From Octopus sinensis (Eukaryota), in the NCBI RefSeq assembly GCF_006345805.1, contig NW_021832107.1:1-33986 (forward strand): a stretch of 33,986 bases of DNA, written 5' to 3'. Numbering within the stretch: the stretch's first letter is position 1; every line of letters starts with the position of its first letter. The notes beneath the pieces were generated by a model. That model worked only from the letters and a program-made list of their open reading frames with translations. It did not search any database and had not been told where the DNA came from. Positions 11,318 through 23,241 of this stretch are shown here, piece after piece. The translations under genes and the position numbers were made by a program.

Positions 11318-11747
11318 GCTATGACGTATACCTATCCAAAATCGAATTGTAGAATCTCCATTGTTGGCACTACCAATTCGACATTAAAGACATTAAAGAC
11401 CTAGTTTTGCACCGTAAGCCCTACGTATGGCACTGTAATAATTGCGAAAATTATGACGTAATGAAAATTAAAATTAATCCATAATTTCGCATAGTGACGG
11501 AATTATTTTGTTTCAAGTAATTCAACCTTTAATCTTAAACTAAATTAAATATGCGGCATGTTTCTTTTCATATTTTGTTGTTGTTTTTTTCGTTGTTGTT
11601 GCATTTTGCAAAGATTCATTTTTCTGTTAGATTATCTCACGTTTTGTGTTGAGATATCAAGAAATAGCTTTATCTCAGATAAAATCCGAAAATCTATATT
11701 GCTATACAATTATTTTTTAAAAGTAATTAAATTATACAATTTTCATG

Positions 11748-11798
<51 letters not shown>

Positions 11799-11969
11799 AT
11801 ACTATATACACACAGAATTTCGAAAGTAATAAATATCCCTTTAATTGTTCGCTTACGTAATATTAAACGACATGTATTAACTAACAGGATTTTAATTAAC
11901 TATCACCATTTCAGTGACTTAATTCTTCCACAGCAATGGAGAAATTCCGATTTAGCTAAACTGAGTCTA

Positions 11970-12250
11970 TGGTGCATCATTAATTGAACTTCCCAACCAA
12001 GTAGTTCCGGGTTCAATACCACTGCGTGGCTCCTTCGGCAAATGTCTTCTCCTATAACCCCAACCCGACTAAAGCATTTTGGGTGGATATAGTAGACGGA
12101 AACTGTGTGGAAGCCCGTAGTATATGCACGAGTGCGTGGTGGGGGAGGTGCATCTATGTGCGCGAGTCTACCTGTCTGTGTTTGTCTTCCACAAACAAAA
12201 GTTTGACAACCTGTGTTCATTATTTTCCGTTTTGTGACTTAGCAGTATTA
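11970..12250 (+). mobile_element. Decayed SINE of the 30197-30649 family
   Basis: gttccgggttcaataccactgcgtggc...gtagacggaaactg...gaagcccgt matches the 5' half of 30197-30649. Confidence 0.75.
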
Positions 12251-12724
12251 GTTTAATGACTGAACCAAGGAATAGATATATAAAAAAATATCATGATATG
12301 CAAGAAGGATTTTCCTGACCAGTATAACAATATTATTTTTTCCATGCCAATCGCTGTTCGTTACATATGTGGCCAAGTAAGGTATGGAAGGATCAAACAG
12401 TTTAAATGAACCACCGGTTCTCTGCACACAGACAGGTTAATAAATACATTTCTTCTCATCCCAAGAAAGATGTTAAAACTAGTTTCCGCCTGCTTCTGCA
12501 CAACACACACACACACGCACATACATATACATACCCACATGCATACAAATATACACAGGCAAATATACGCGCGCAGACACATATATAATTAGGGAGAGAG
12601 AAAGAGAGGGGGTGACTGAGGAAAGATAGAGCGAGAGAAATAGGTAAATAGTATGTTTGATATAGGTCCACATATAATCATGGATATATGTGTGTGTTTA
12701 TGCATAGTACTATTGTGAGAATTC

Positions 12725-12860
12725 TGCTTCTCACTCACATGGTTTCTCTGTCAGATCCAGTCTCATTGCGTAGCTTCTGGGCAAGTGTCTTCTACTATAA
12801 CTCCGGTCTGGCCAAAGTCCTGTGAGTAGATTTGGTTAACGGAAACTGACAGAAGATCGT

Positions 12861-12863
<3 letters not shown>
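12725..12863 (+). mobile_element. 5' half of a decayed SINE of the 30197-30649 family
   Basis: gggcaagtgtcttctactata...gatttggttaacggaaactgacagaag, then (TA)n. Confidence 0.75.
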
Positions 12864-12893
<30 letters not shown>

Positions 12894-12897
<4 letters not shown>

Positions 12898-13102
12898 AGA
12901 GTTTACGAAAAAAAACAAAAGACGAAGACAGGTGGAGTACAAAACAAACAGATATATTAGTATAACGCTCGGGAAATGAAAAAGTCTTTTACGCTTCGAG
13001 CCTACACTCTTCTGCAGAAAGGGACACAGAAAATACAAGGAGAGAACCAAGGAGAGAAAAAAAGGAGAGAAAAAATGTGTGTAGTGGCCACCGATCTATC
13101 AT
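12894..13102 (-). mobile_element. Short (TA)n-embedded repeat, copy 3 of 3
   Basis: Same family as 9937-10117; motif at 12984-13025. Confidence 0.8.
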
Positions 13103-13122
13103 ATATATATCATATATATATG

Positions 13123-13180
<58 letters not shown>

Positions 13181-13259
13181 TATATACACATATATATATA
13201 TTATATGGGCGTGCGTGTGTGTGTATATGTATATATATATAGGGAGAGAGAGAGGAAAT

Positions 13260-13605
<346 letters not shown>

Positions 13606-13792
13606 TATTTATCTGCTATACAAAAACATTTGACTAAACCCTGGAATTTCAACCTTTATAAGTAGGGTGTTACATCCTTGGGACTTTTTGCTACCCGGGT
13701 AACTATTTTTTGCGTGTTATTTGTACACACTGAAAAAATACACATTCACACACACACACAAACGCACACACACACACATATATATATATATA

Positions 13793-14277
13793 TTGATTGA
13801 TTGATTGATTCTAGTTTCAGCTCATGAGCTGTGGCCATGCTGGGGCACCGCCATTTGGTGTTGCTACATGGTTTTACTTCACGAAAGCTTTTTAGCAACT
13901 GCCATTTGGTGCATGAGAGAGTTCGATGCAGCTGCCCTCATCTGCACCTCCTGCCGTGAAGTTGGTTCATCTGGGATACCTGACAGGAAGAGACCCAGTT
14001 TCATTTTAAAGACATCTGCATCCACCCCATGCAGGTCTCTTAGGTTCTTCGGGAGGATATTGAAGAGCTGTGGGCCTCGGAATCCCAGGCTATCACAGTA
14101 TCGTGTCCTACATCTTGATGGCAAATTTGGAGTCCTAGGCACCACGCAGTGGCGCCCAGTTCTGGCATTTGTGTAACTCTCGATGCCAAAGTTTGGGAGA
14201 AGTCCCTCCAGGATCTTCCAGATGTATATTATGGCATATCTTTCCCGCCTACGCTCCAAGGAATATAGTTTTAATCT
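13793..14277 (-). mobile_element. 5'-truncated CR1-group LINE: ORF2 C-terminus, short 3' UTR and (TCAA)n tail
   Basis: YSLERRRERYAIIYIWKILEG...GPQLFNILPKNLRD...FKMKLGLFLSGIPDEP fits the post-RT C-terminus of CR1-group ORF2. Related to 24022-25137. Confidence 0.88.
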
Positions 14278-14339
14278 ATCTCTTGAGTCTTTCCCAGTAA
14301 CTTATATTCTGCATAGAGGCTATATATATATATATATAT

Positions 14340-14370
<31 letters not shown>

Positions 14371-14395
14371 CAAAAGCATTAGGTTTTTGTATTAA

Positions 14396-14520
14396 TAGCC
14401 CTGATGATATCTGGTTATACTGTGTGTTTTTTTTTACATCTAGAACTCTTAACATGGTTCTAATCCTACGGATATGAAACATTCTTCACCTATTGACCAG
14501 ATTGAAACATGTGTAGACAC
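14396..14520 (+). ncRNA. Type I hammerhead-like motif with very long stem II insert; stem I decayed
   Basis: CTGATGA 14401-14407, atctggtta/tgaccagat helix, GAAAC ATGT GTA 14504-14515. Confidence 0.6.
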
Positions 14521-14924
14521 TTTTTTATGCTTTTTTTCCGTCAATTTATTGTCCTTTTAAATTCTATTTGTGCTAAATACTTTACTATGTTTTATCGTGA
14601 TACAAATAAAATAAGAATCCACTATATATTTTTCTCCATTTTCTTATATAAATATAATTATAAATTAGACTGATTATCCTTACATATTGTAAAAATTGTC
14701 TCAATATATCATCAAGGACGCCAGTAGATTTCTGAATTTTATAATCCCTAAAGAGGAAATTACATTGGCACCAAACACCCACAGTCATCCTCTCCCGTCG
14801 GTTTAGATCCAGGTGGTACCACGAGGAGGTCGATGTAGGACTTCTGGTTTGCGTCACGCTTTGGAAGTTTTAGCCCGGTATAGTGCTCAGCCAATCAGCA
14901 TCCGGCGACTGTGCACCCCCCTAT

Positions 14925-14959
14925 ATATCACAATATATATATGTGTGTGTGTGTGTATG

Positions 14960-15028
<69 letters not shown>

Positions 15029-15035
15029 GTACTAT

Positions 15036-15107
<72 letters not shown>

Positions 15108-15164
15108 ATATATGTACATATATATATACATAAACATATATATATATATTATATATATTATATA
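14925..15164. repeat. (TA)n microsatellite
   Basis: Directly visible. Confidence 0.95.
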
Positions 15165-15166
15165 AA

Positions 15167-15331
15167 AAAAGGGCTTAGTAAAATAAATTACTTTGCCGCA
15201 TACTGAACTCATTATTTTACTAAGCCCTTTTATATAATGTAATAATTTGAATTCGCCTTAAATGGTCCCTTTGCATACTGAATACTTGGTGAAATTGATT
15301 AATAATTAATTAATTTTACCCTCAATTGTTG

Positions 15332-15335
<4 letters not shown>
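15167..15335 (+). mobile_element. Short fold-back member of the 23242-23974 family
   Basis: 20-bp inverted repeat 15167-15186/15212-15231. The tail atggtcc...catactgaa...cttggtgaaatt...aattaattaattttaccct is shared with 23880-23974. Confidence 0.8.
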
Positions 15336-15377
<42 letters not shown>

Positions 15378-15406
15378 GTATATATAATATATATACATGT
15401 ATAACG

Positions 15407-15454
<48 letters not shown>

Positions 15455-15600
15455 ATATTATTCGTTTTTATGTTTAGCAATAGTAAGCAATTTGACATTA
15501 ATCTGAGGGGCTTAATCTACACTTAAGTAAGGAAAAGTTTATTCTTAAAAAAATTTGTTGTCAGTGGGTTAAAAGATATCTATTAAATATGTGTGACTGT

Positions 15601-15657
<57 letters not shown>

Positions 15658-15692
15658 CTGTGCGCGCGTGTGTGTGTGTGTGTGTGTGTGTG
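15601..15692. repeat. (GT)n microsatellite
   Basis: Directly visible. Confidence 0.95.
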
Positions 15693-16151
15693 TAAGTGTG
15701 TAAGTGTGAATGTATGTATGCACGTATGCATGTATATGTGTATGTATTGGCTGAAACTCAAATAATTGATTTTGACCTTAAATGTGTTAACTATATTACA
15801 AAACATCTGCTGTGAGATCGCTTAATCAGCAGGAAAAAAATAAGCGTTCAAGGACATGAAACCCACTCAATTCAACGTTAAAAGGCGAAGACCCTAAACT
15901 ATTTTATAATTTCATTACCATTGCCCAAATGATGGATTAATTTTAATTATAATCACGTCACTAAAATTCGTAATTAGTACACTCTCGCTGACACACAAAC
16001 ACATTTTGTAGGTAATCGCACTTAGTTCAAACTAAAACAAAGAATGGCGGTGATTGTAATATTTGAATTCGGTGACACAAAAATCGATATATTGATTCTA
16101 AAGTGGAATATATAGATTCTAATGTTTAACATGTTTTACACACACACACAA

Positions 16152-16190
<39 letters not shown>

Positions 16191-16200
16191 TATATAAATT

Positions 16201-16414
16201 GGTTGCTTAGCCACATACCGAAAAATTAGAAATAGCAGTCAAAGACTGTTTATTTCTATTTCTACAAATGAGACTTGGCTTTCGTTATTTCTTCCTTCTG
16301 TTTTGCATATGTGAATTACAGGGATATGTCATATGTGGAGTCTCATTTGTAGAAAATAGAAATAAATAGTCTTTGACTGCTATTTCAAATTTTTCGATAT
16401 GTGGCTAAGCAACC
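16201..16414. mobile_element. Fold-back element with ~75-bp inverted arms, related to 23242-23974
   Basis: Arms 16201-16275 and 16339-16414; shares the ttagaaatagcag(c/t)caaa motif; starts beside (TA)n. Confidence 0.8.
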
Positions 16415-16574
16415 TGTTGCCTACCCCTTTTATTTATATACAAGAATATATATTGAACTTTATTTTTATAAAAGTTCCTACCGTTAAAGTTTATATTTAC
16501 ATGCCGAAATCTACCCGTAAATAATTGTCTTTTTTTTAAAACAATTAAAACTATTATTTACTCATATTTAATAT

Positions 16575-16606
<32 letters not shown>

Positions 16607-16907
16607 TGTAGATTTCGGGGGTGTCTTAGAGAGCAAGGGGTCGAAATTGCTTCTTTCTGAAAGCAGAGGAACCAAGGCAGGTGATTCTATATAGTCGTTG
16701 GATCGACTTAAATATCCGTCTTTTAGACAAAGATACAGCGAATGACACATACTGGGTAAATTAAAAATACAAAATGGGTGTATTTAGGTTGTGTTTGATC
16801 ACGTATCAGATTGTTTATCTTTAGTATTGTGTGCGGCGAAATAATTTGCCAAGTACAGCGCCGAACAGTATTTCGACAGAAGCAAAATGACGTAATCTCC
16901 ACTAGAT

Positions 16908-16941
<34 letters not shown>

Positions 16942-16971
16942 TATATATATATATATATATCATTACAGATA

Positions 16972-17202
16972 TAGGGTGAAATATAATTAATTAATAAAAT
17001 CAAACAATTTCACCTAGTAGTATTTCGGTATGGAAAAGGATCATATTCGTAAAAAAATATAATTATAACAATAAGGGTTTGCAACAATATTGTTGTCTGT
17101 GGAGACATATTTTTGTATAAAAAGGAAATAGTAGTCCTTTGGCTGCTATTTCTAAAATTTTCGGTATGTGATCATGCAAGTTGTTGCAAACCCTTATTGT
17201 TA

Positions 17203-17210
<8 letters not shown>
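16972..17210 (-). mobile_element. Fold-back member of the 23242-23974 family in opposite orientation
   Basis: Perfect 30-bp inverted repeat 17058-17087/17181-17210. 16972-17044 is the reverse complement of the family tail; (TA)n on both sides. Confidence 0.8.
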
Positions 17211-17245
<35 letters not shown>

Positions 17246-17526
17246 ATCAAGAAGAGTCGAGGAGTAGGAAGAAAGTTAGCTTCAAGCAACTCGTAGTAAG
17301 TATAAAAAAACAAATTTCAGGGACAATAATGGCTTATTGAGACGGAAGGCTGTGGATACTTTTTCGTATGAAGTACGATAATCTGAAAATGTTCTTATAT
17401 TTCACGGTAGGCGACCGGGGTATGCGACTAAGAATACAAGAGTTAAGAAATGGTGCGGTTGGGAAGCAAGTTCCTCACCACACTGCTTCCTACGCGTTAG
17501 GGGACTCTGGCTATCGTTTGGGTGTA

Positions 17527-17594
17527 CAGGTGCTCGCGACTGAGGATCAGGCAAATAAATCGAAACTGTGTCAGTCTCGCGATCCTGATACCTG
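17527..17594 (+). ncRNA. Type I hammerhead-like motif with intact core but poorly formed stem II
   Basis: tcgcga CTGAGGA tcaggcaaataaatc GAA ACTG tgt CAGT C tcgcga; stem I is extended by caggt/acctg. Confidence 0.7.
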
Positions 17595-17714
17595 CTAGAA
17601 AGTGGTAGGTATTCGGTTCCCCTGCTAACAATATAGTGTATATAATAGATGCACAGTCACACCGATAACCACAGTCAGACCGATAATCTGTTCAGGCAGA
17701 TCCTTGTTAGGTTC

Positions 17715-18083
17715 TTACGACGATGAGGGTTCCGGTTGATCCGAATCAACGGAACAGCCTGCTCGTGAAATTAACGTGTAAGTGGCTGAGCACTCCACAG
17801 ACACGTGTACCCTTAACGTAGTTCTCGGGGATATTCAGCGTGACACAGAGAGTGACAAGGCCGGCTCTTTTGAAATACAGGTACAACAGAAACAGGAAGT
17901 ATGAGTGAGAGAAAGTGGTGGTGAAAGAGTACAACAGGGATCACCACCATCCCCTGCCGGAGCCTCGTGGAGCTTTAGGTGTTTTCGCTCAATAAACACT
18001 CACAACGCCCGGTCTGGGAATCGAAACCACGATCCTATGACCGCGAGTCCGCTGCCCTAACCACTGGGCCATTGCGTCTCCAC
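17715..18083 (-). mobile_element. tRNA-derived SINE (third tail type)
   Basis: Minus-strand head with A box TGGCCCAGTGG and B box GTTTCGATTCC. Flanks tcttacgacgat / tcttcagacgat resemble a decayed TSD. Confidence 0.85.
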
Positions 18084-18497
18084 TCTTCAGACGATCCTAG
18101 GTAGGAATGAAACCAGTCTAATAAGTATTTTCTGCCCTTCTGTCCATAGAAATAATAACTGTTTCTAATACAACAACAAGGTCTGAAATATTGTAGGGAG
18201 GAAATTAGTATTCAACAGTTATTGTAAACTATCGACCCGGAAAGGATCGAAAGCAGAGTTGACTTCAGCAAGAAATGACGTCAGGGCGTAGGGACATACA
18301 ACGCAAATTGTTTTATCCAACACGTAAAAGCTTCTGCCACACAAAAATATTAGGCATGCATTTGTTTATATTTATTCGAGTGTGTTCAGTACTCGTAAAA
18401 TACCATAGCGTGAACTAAAACATAGAATACACATTGGGATATTTAATTAACCAATTAGCTACTTAAATTAATTAAATATATGTGAGTACGTGTATGC

Positions 18498-18541
<44 letters not shown>

Positions 18542-19279
18542 GGAGTAATTTTAAATGTGTGGGCGTGAGTTTACTCATGTTGAAATGAAATAGACGCAAG
18601 AGTCTCTAACGATATGTAAATACATAAAGGTTAATTAGTTTAGAGATTATGAATAGTAAATGCGATTAACGTACCCCCTGTTTTATGAGAACAGACATTT
18701 GTAATGGGTTTGACAATTATATGCTTACGTAGATCTACTGGTCCATATTGCGTGCACACGTCTCCATACTCATGTCTCTACTGTGATGGAGTCTTATTCT
18801 TTTAATCTCATACGTAAAACATTGCTGGCAATAAGCATTTCTTATACATCTGTTTATAACTGCCAAGATGATTGTTGCTCGAAGGGTTAGTGGCAGGGGC
18901 GAGTGGTATTTTAAACGACTTATTAAGTACCTTAAAGTATTTGGTTTCATTATTTTTTTTAATTATTGACTGCTAATCCTACAGGAACTTGAGATGAGAA
19001 ATGTTTCACTGTAAAATATATTGCCAAAATATACTCAGGGGAGCGAAGTTAAATTTGTTGCTGACATGTTGCATGGTTGAAAAATTTCTATTCTTCGATT
19101 CTTCATTCGCCAATGGGGGTGGGGTAACGCGAAACAAAATCGATTACTCATAAAATATTTGGAAAACAAATCTAGCAACACTTACTATGAATATTTTATG
19201 GAATAAGTCACAGACCAGATGTAATTTACAATTTAATATTTACTGACCAAAAATTAAAAAAATTTCTCCAAGGCTCTTT

Positions 19280-19410
19280 TGTAAGAAGTTTGTTCCCTAG
19301 TGACATGGTACTGAGTTCAGTTCCACTTCGTGACCTCGTGGTCTATAGCTCTGGGCCAACCAAATCCTTGCGAATGGATTTAGTAAATGGAAACTGAAAG
19401 AAACCTCACT
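19280..19410 (+). mobile_element. Highly decayed SINE of the 30197-30649 family
   Basis: catggtactgagttcagttccact...ctatagctctgggccaaccaa...ggatttagtaaatggaaactgaaagaa. Confidence 0.65.
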
Positions 19411-19620
19411 TGTCTGTCTCTTTTCGTTTTGTTTTTGCTTCCTTTGCTTAAATTTTTTGAGGTCATTCGAGAGCAAGTTGAATTTTACCTACAGATGTGT
19501 ATTCTGTCAGTGTAAATTCTCTCCCAAGTTTTCCGAGTAATATAGTAGATTGCCTCACCATATATACATATTCATGTTTGAAGTCGGAAAACTGATTATT
19601 TATGTTAATTATATCTGAGA

Positions 19621-19870
19621 CATGAAAGCGCGTAGCATAGGTTTCAATTCTCGGACTAGCTGTGCGTTGCATTCTCGAGCAAAACTCTTCATTTTACGTT
19701 GCTCCAGTCCACTCAGCTGTAAATGGATAACCCTGCAACCTACTAGACTTTCGATTTGAAGGAATGTTTGCCTGCTCACCTAGCCAGCGGTCTGCCTTCA
19801 TGAAAGGCTAAAATGATTCGAACTGCATTGTGATCAACGATGTATAACAACATCTGAGAGTCTGGTCGAA
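19621..19870 (+). mobile_element. Decayed CORE-like SINE
   Basis: gagcaaaactcttcattttacgttgctccagtccactcagctg is the reverse complement of the central segment of 11063-11317. Confidence 0.7.
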
Positions 19871-20199
19871 ACCATGGTATCTGAAACCATGGACGCATGC
19901 ATATTCAACGTAGAGGGATACGAAGGTAAGTCCCACACACATTCATGGCTTTACCACACTTATGTAAACGGCTGAGATTAATTAACACATATTCGTCTTT
20001 CAAACACAAACACATGAACAGTTTTTAAATATTTAAAATTAAGTGTCACTAAGGATTATTAAATTTTATGCTGCAACGAATAAAATTTCAGGAGCCCTCG
20101 ATCTATACGCAACAAGTACACTAGCATATAGATTAATTGGAAGGTGAAGAGGGTATGTCCCCAAATACCAGCTTTACTCCTGATTCCAACGTAAAGCCG

Positions 20200-20284
<85 letters not shown>

Positions 20285-20510
20285 AAAATAATAATATGAT
20301 GGAATATAATTCCAAACTTGCAGGGAAAAGTTCAATTTAGAAATACTAAATCAAATTTCACAGAATATAATTAATATATATATATATAAATTACAAAAAA
20401 ACACCTTTTGTCAATTTAATAATGAAAAAAGAAATTATACCATTTAGAAAAATTACATATTATACAAAGATTAAATATAAGATAAAGCATATAACGATGA
20501 TTAAGTAACT

Positions 20511-20862
20511 CTGAGCACCTTTTCAAACTCCACTTGTCTAACAGCCGTGGACATGTTTACAAAGTCAGAAAAATAGCACAGCTCCCATGACTTTCGGAAA
20601 CATTTTTTCACGCTAAGAGTTGCTGAAGTATGGAACAAACTGCCGGCATCAGGTGTTAGTTGTCAGAGCGCTGCATCCTTCAAAACCTCCATGTTCCTGA
20701 GATTCGCCAACACTACACCTGATTCTCTCCCCTCCATACACATACAAGCATGTATCTGGCTCATATACTGTCCACTGCCCAGACATTTGTACATTACTGT
20801 ATATGCTTTATACGCACTTTTGACAAGCTGTGGTGCCCTTGAGCACTGTATACAATAATTTC
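20511..20862 (+). mobile_element. CR1-like LINE 3' end with (TAT)n tail
   Basis: Translates (with a frameshift) to SRGHVYKV...FRKHFFTLRVAEVWNKLP...FK, the typical CR1 ORF2 C-terminal signature. Followed by (TAT)n. Confidence 0.82.
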
Positions 20863-20896
20863 GTTATTACTATTATTATATTATTATTATTATTAG

Positions 20897-20930
<34 letters not shown>

Positions 20931-21051
20931 TACTATTATTATATTATATTATTATTATTATTATTATTATTATAGTATTATTATTATAATCATCATCATC
21001 ATTATTATTATTACTATTAATTTATTATATTATTATTATTATTATTATTAC

Positions 21052-21081
<30 letters not shown>
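20863..21081. repeat. (TAT)n microsatellite
   Basis: Directly visible. Confidence 0.95.
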
Positions 21082-21082
<1 letters not shown>

Positions 21083-22109
21083 GTTGGTACCGAAATTATT
21101 TAAATAATGCAGTGCCCTAACTTTTCATATTAAATTTATGATACTAATGCATTATGTTAACTTAAATTCAACAGGAGTTTACCATGTAGATAATATCCCT
21201 GCTTTAAAAACAACTTCGTTGATCCTGTCTTCTAAACGCAGTAAGCTTGCACGCGTAAATTTAATAAATAATTCCCTCATCTCTTTTCTTACTACAACAT
21301 ATTGAAATCTATATGTTGCTGTAGAGGTGTAAATAGAACGAAATATATCAAAGTGTTCCCAAGTTGTTGAAATGTTAAAAATAATACTAATCATTTATCT
21401 AAAGTTTTTTTTTTCTTGCCTAGGAATTCTGATTTCATTTTATTTTATTTTCATTGCATTAACACTAGCTCAGCCACAGATTTAAAATGCAGACAAAGTC
21501 TCCGGGTGTTTAAACTCACTTGGCTAGCTTCATATGTCAGGGACGGGGAAATAGTTTCTGAGATTTCCTGTAAAATTATCTGCACTAATTTTACATTTCA
21601 ACCCCCAAGATCTTCTATTCCCGTTCAAGCACGTACACCAGTGTATATTTAAAAATAGGCACACTGTCTCTTGACCTTAACCTTGGTGGAATTTGGGCAA
21701 ATATTTAAAAATAGGGTTAACATTCCATTTTTGGAAATGGCAGATATTTCAGCGGTTAACATTGAATATAGAATATGATAAAATCAGCTGTAAAGAAAGG
21801 ATAAAGAAAACGATAGAATAAAAAAATGACTAAACGTAAATAAAATCGGTGACTGTTCTTAATATCAGCGTTCTTAAATGGTTGTTTCTTGAGGGTAAGA
21901 GGTAAATGAATAGGTTCAGAATCTTCAGTCTGAGAGCAGAAACTGAAACAAGAACAACAAAAAATTAAAATAAAATAAAATGAAATATAAAAAAAAAGAT
22001 AGATAGATAGATAGATAAAAGAATACAACAATAACACCAACGATAATAACAGCAAAAAATAAAGGAACCGAGACGTGGAAGGGAACGGCGGTGACCACAT
22101 TCATCATGG

Positions 22110-22430
22110 TGGTAGTGAGGAGTAGGAGGAGGAGGAGGGCGGAGGAGGAGGGCTGAGGAGGAGGGCAGAGGAGGGAGGTGGCGGAAGGGAGTAGAGGGAG
22201 TAGGAGGAAGACGATGTAGATGATGACTTCGACAACCGCGAAAAAGAAGAAAATAGGAAAAATGTAAAGGAAATAAACGAAGAGGAAAATAAGCGAGAAG
22301 AGGGAAGAAGAAGAAGAAGAAGAAGGTCGAGAAAGAGAGGTCGGATGAGAGTGATGAGCATAAAGAGGGTCTGGCAGAGGAGAAATAAGTGAACGAAAAC
22401 AAAATAAAGGAAGAAGAGTAAAACAAAGCA
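22110..22430. repeat. Purine-rich (GGA)n/(GAA)n low-complexity tract
   Basis: Directly visible. Confidence 0.8.
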
Positions 22431-23241
22431 ATAAGAAACCGCTGATACATACATACATACTACATACATACATACAAACAATACATACATATAACATATA
22501 TATATAATATATATTATATATATATATATAGTGTAATAAATAAATATATGCATCCATACAACATATATGAACGTACCTACATCTACATGTATATATACAT
22601 GCATATATAAATATATATACGTGAGTATAGGACACCTCAACTAGACGTAGAACTCAACGAGAAACGAAAACGGGAAAAACAAAAATTTTTTGCAACAGAA
22701 AAACAAGTACAGAACATACTACACAAGGAAAAATCCCCAATCATCAGCTGTCGCTAGTTAGACTGTAGCATGTTTCGAAGGCAAGACAGGACACGACTCG
22801 TCAAAACTAGGCCTTCCTGTGAGATAATTAAAATAAAATTACCTCGCAGAGGGGTAAAAACAGGCAAGAAAAAAATGTAACACAAACAGGACGTAAACAT
22901 AAAACTGAACAATAAAATACAAGATAAAAATACATGTACATGAAAATACAAAACGAGAAATAAAAAGAAAATACAATACGAGAAATCGAAATAAACAAGA
23001 AAACAAACGAGAAAAACAAACGAAAAGGCCTTTTTTTTTGCTTCGACGGAAGATGTTCTAGCAGCGCATGGAAACACGACTTTGCAGTTTGAAAGCAGCG
23101 TGCAAAAGGAAGTGGTTTAGGCTAGCAGTGACAAAAATGAGGAGGAGTGAGAGAGAGAAGAGATAGAGGAAGACAAGCGGCTGAGAGAGAGATGAGGAAG
23201 AGTGAGAGGGAGAGAGAGTGGGGAAGGTAAAGCAAAGGGAA

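Noticed and set aside
21925-22640. Long hydrophobic or Ser-rich minus-strand ORFs
   Set aside because: Derived from purine-rich low-complexity and (CATA)n tracts.
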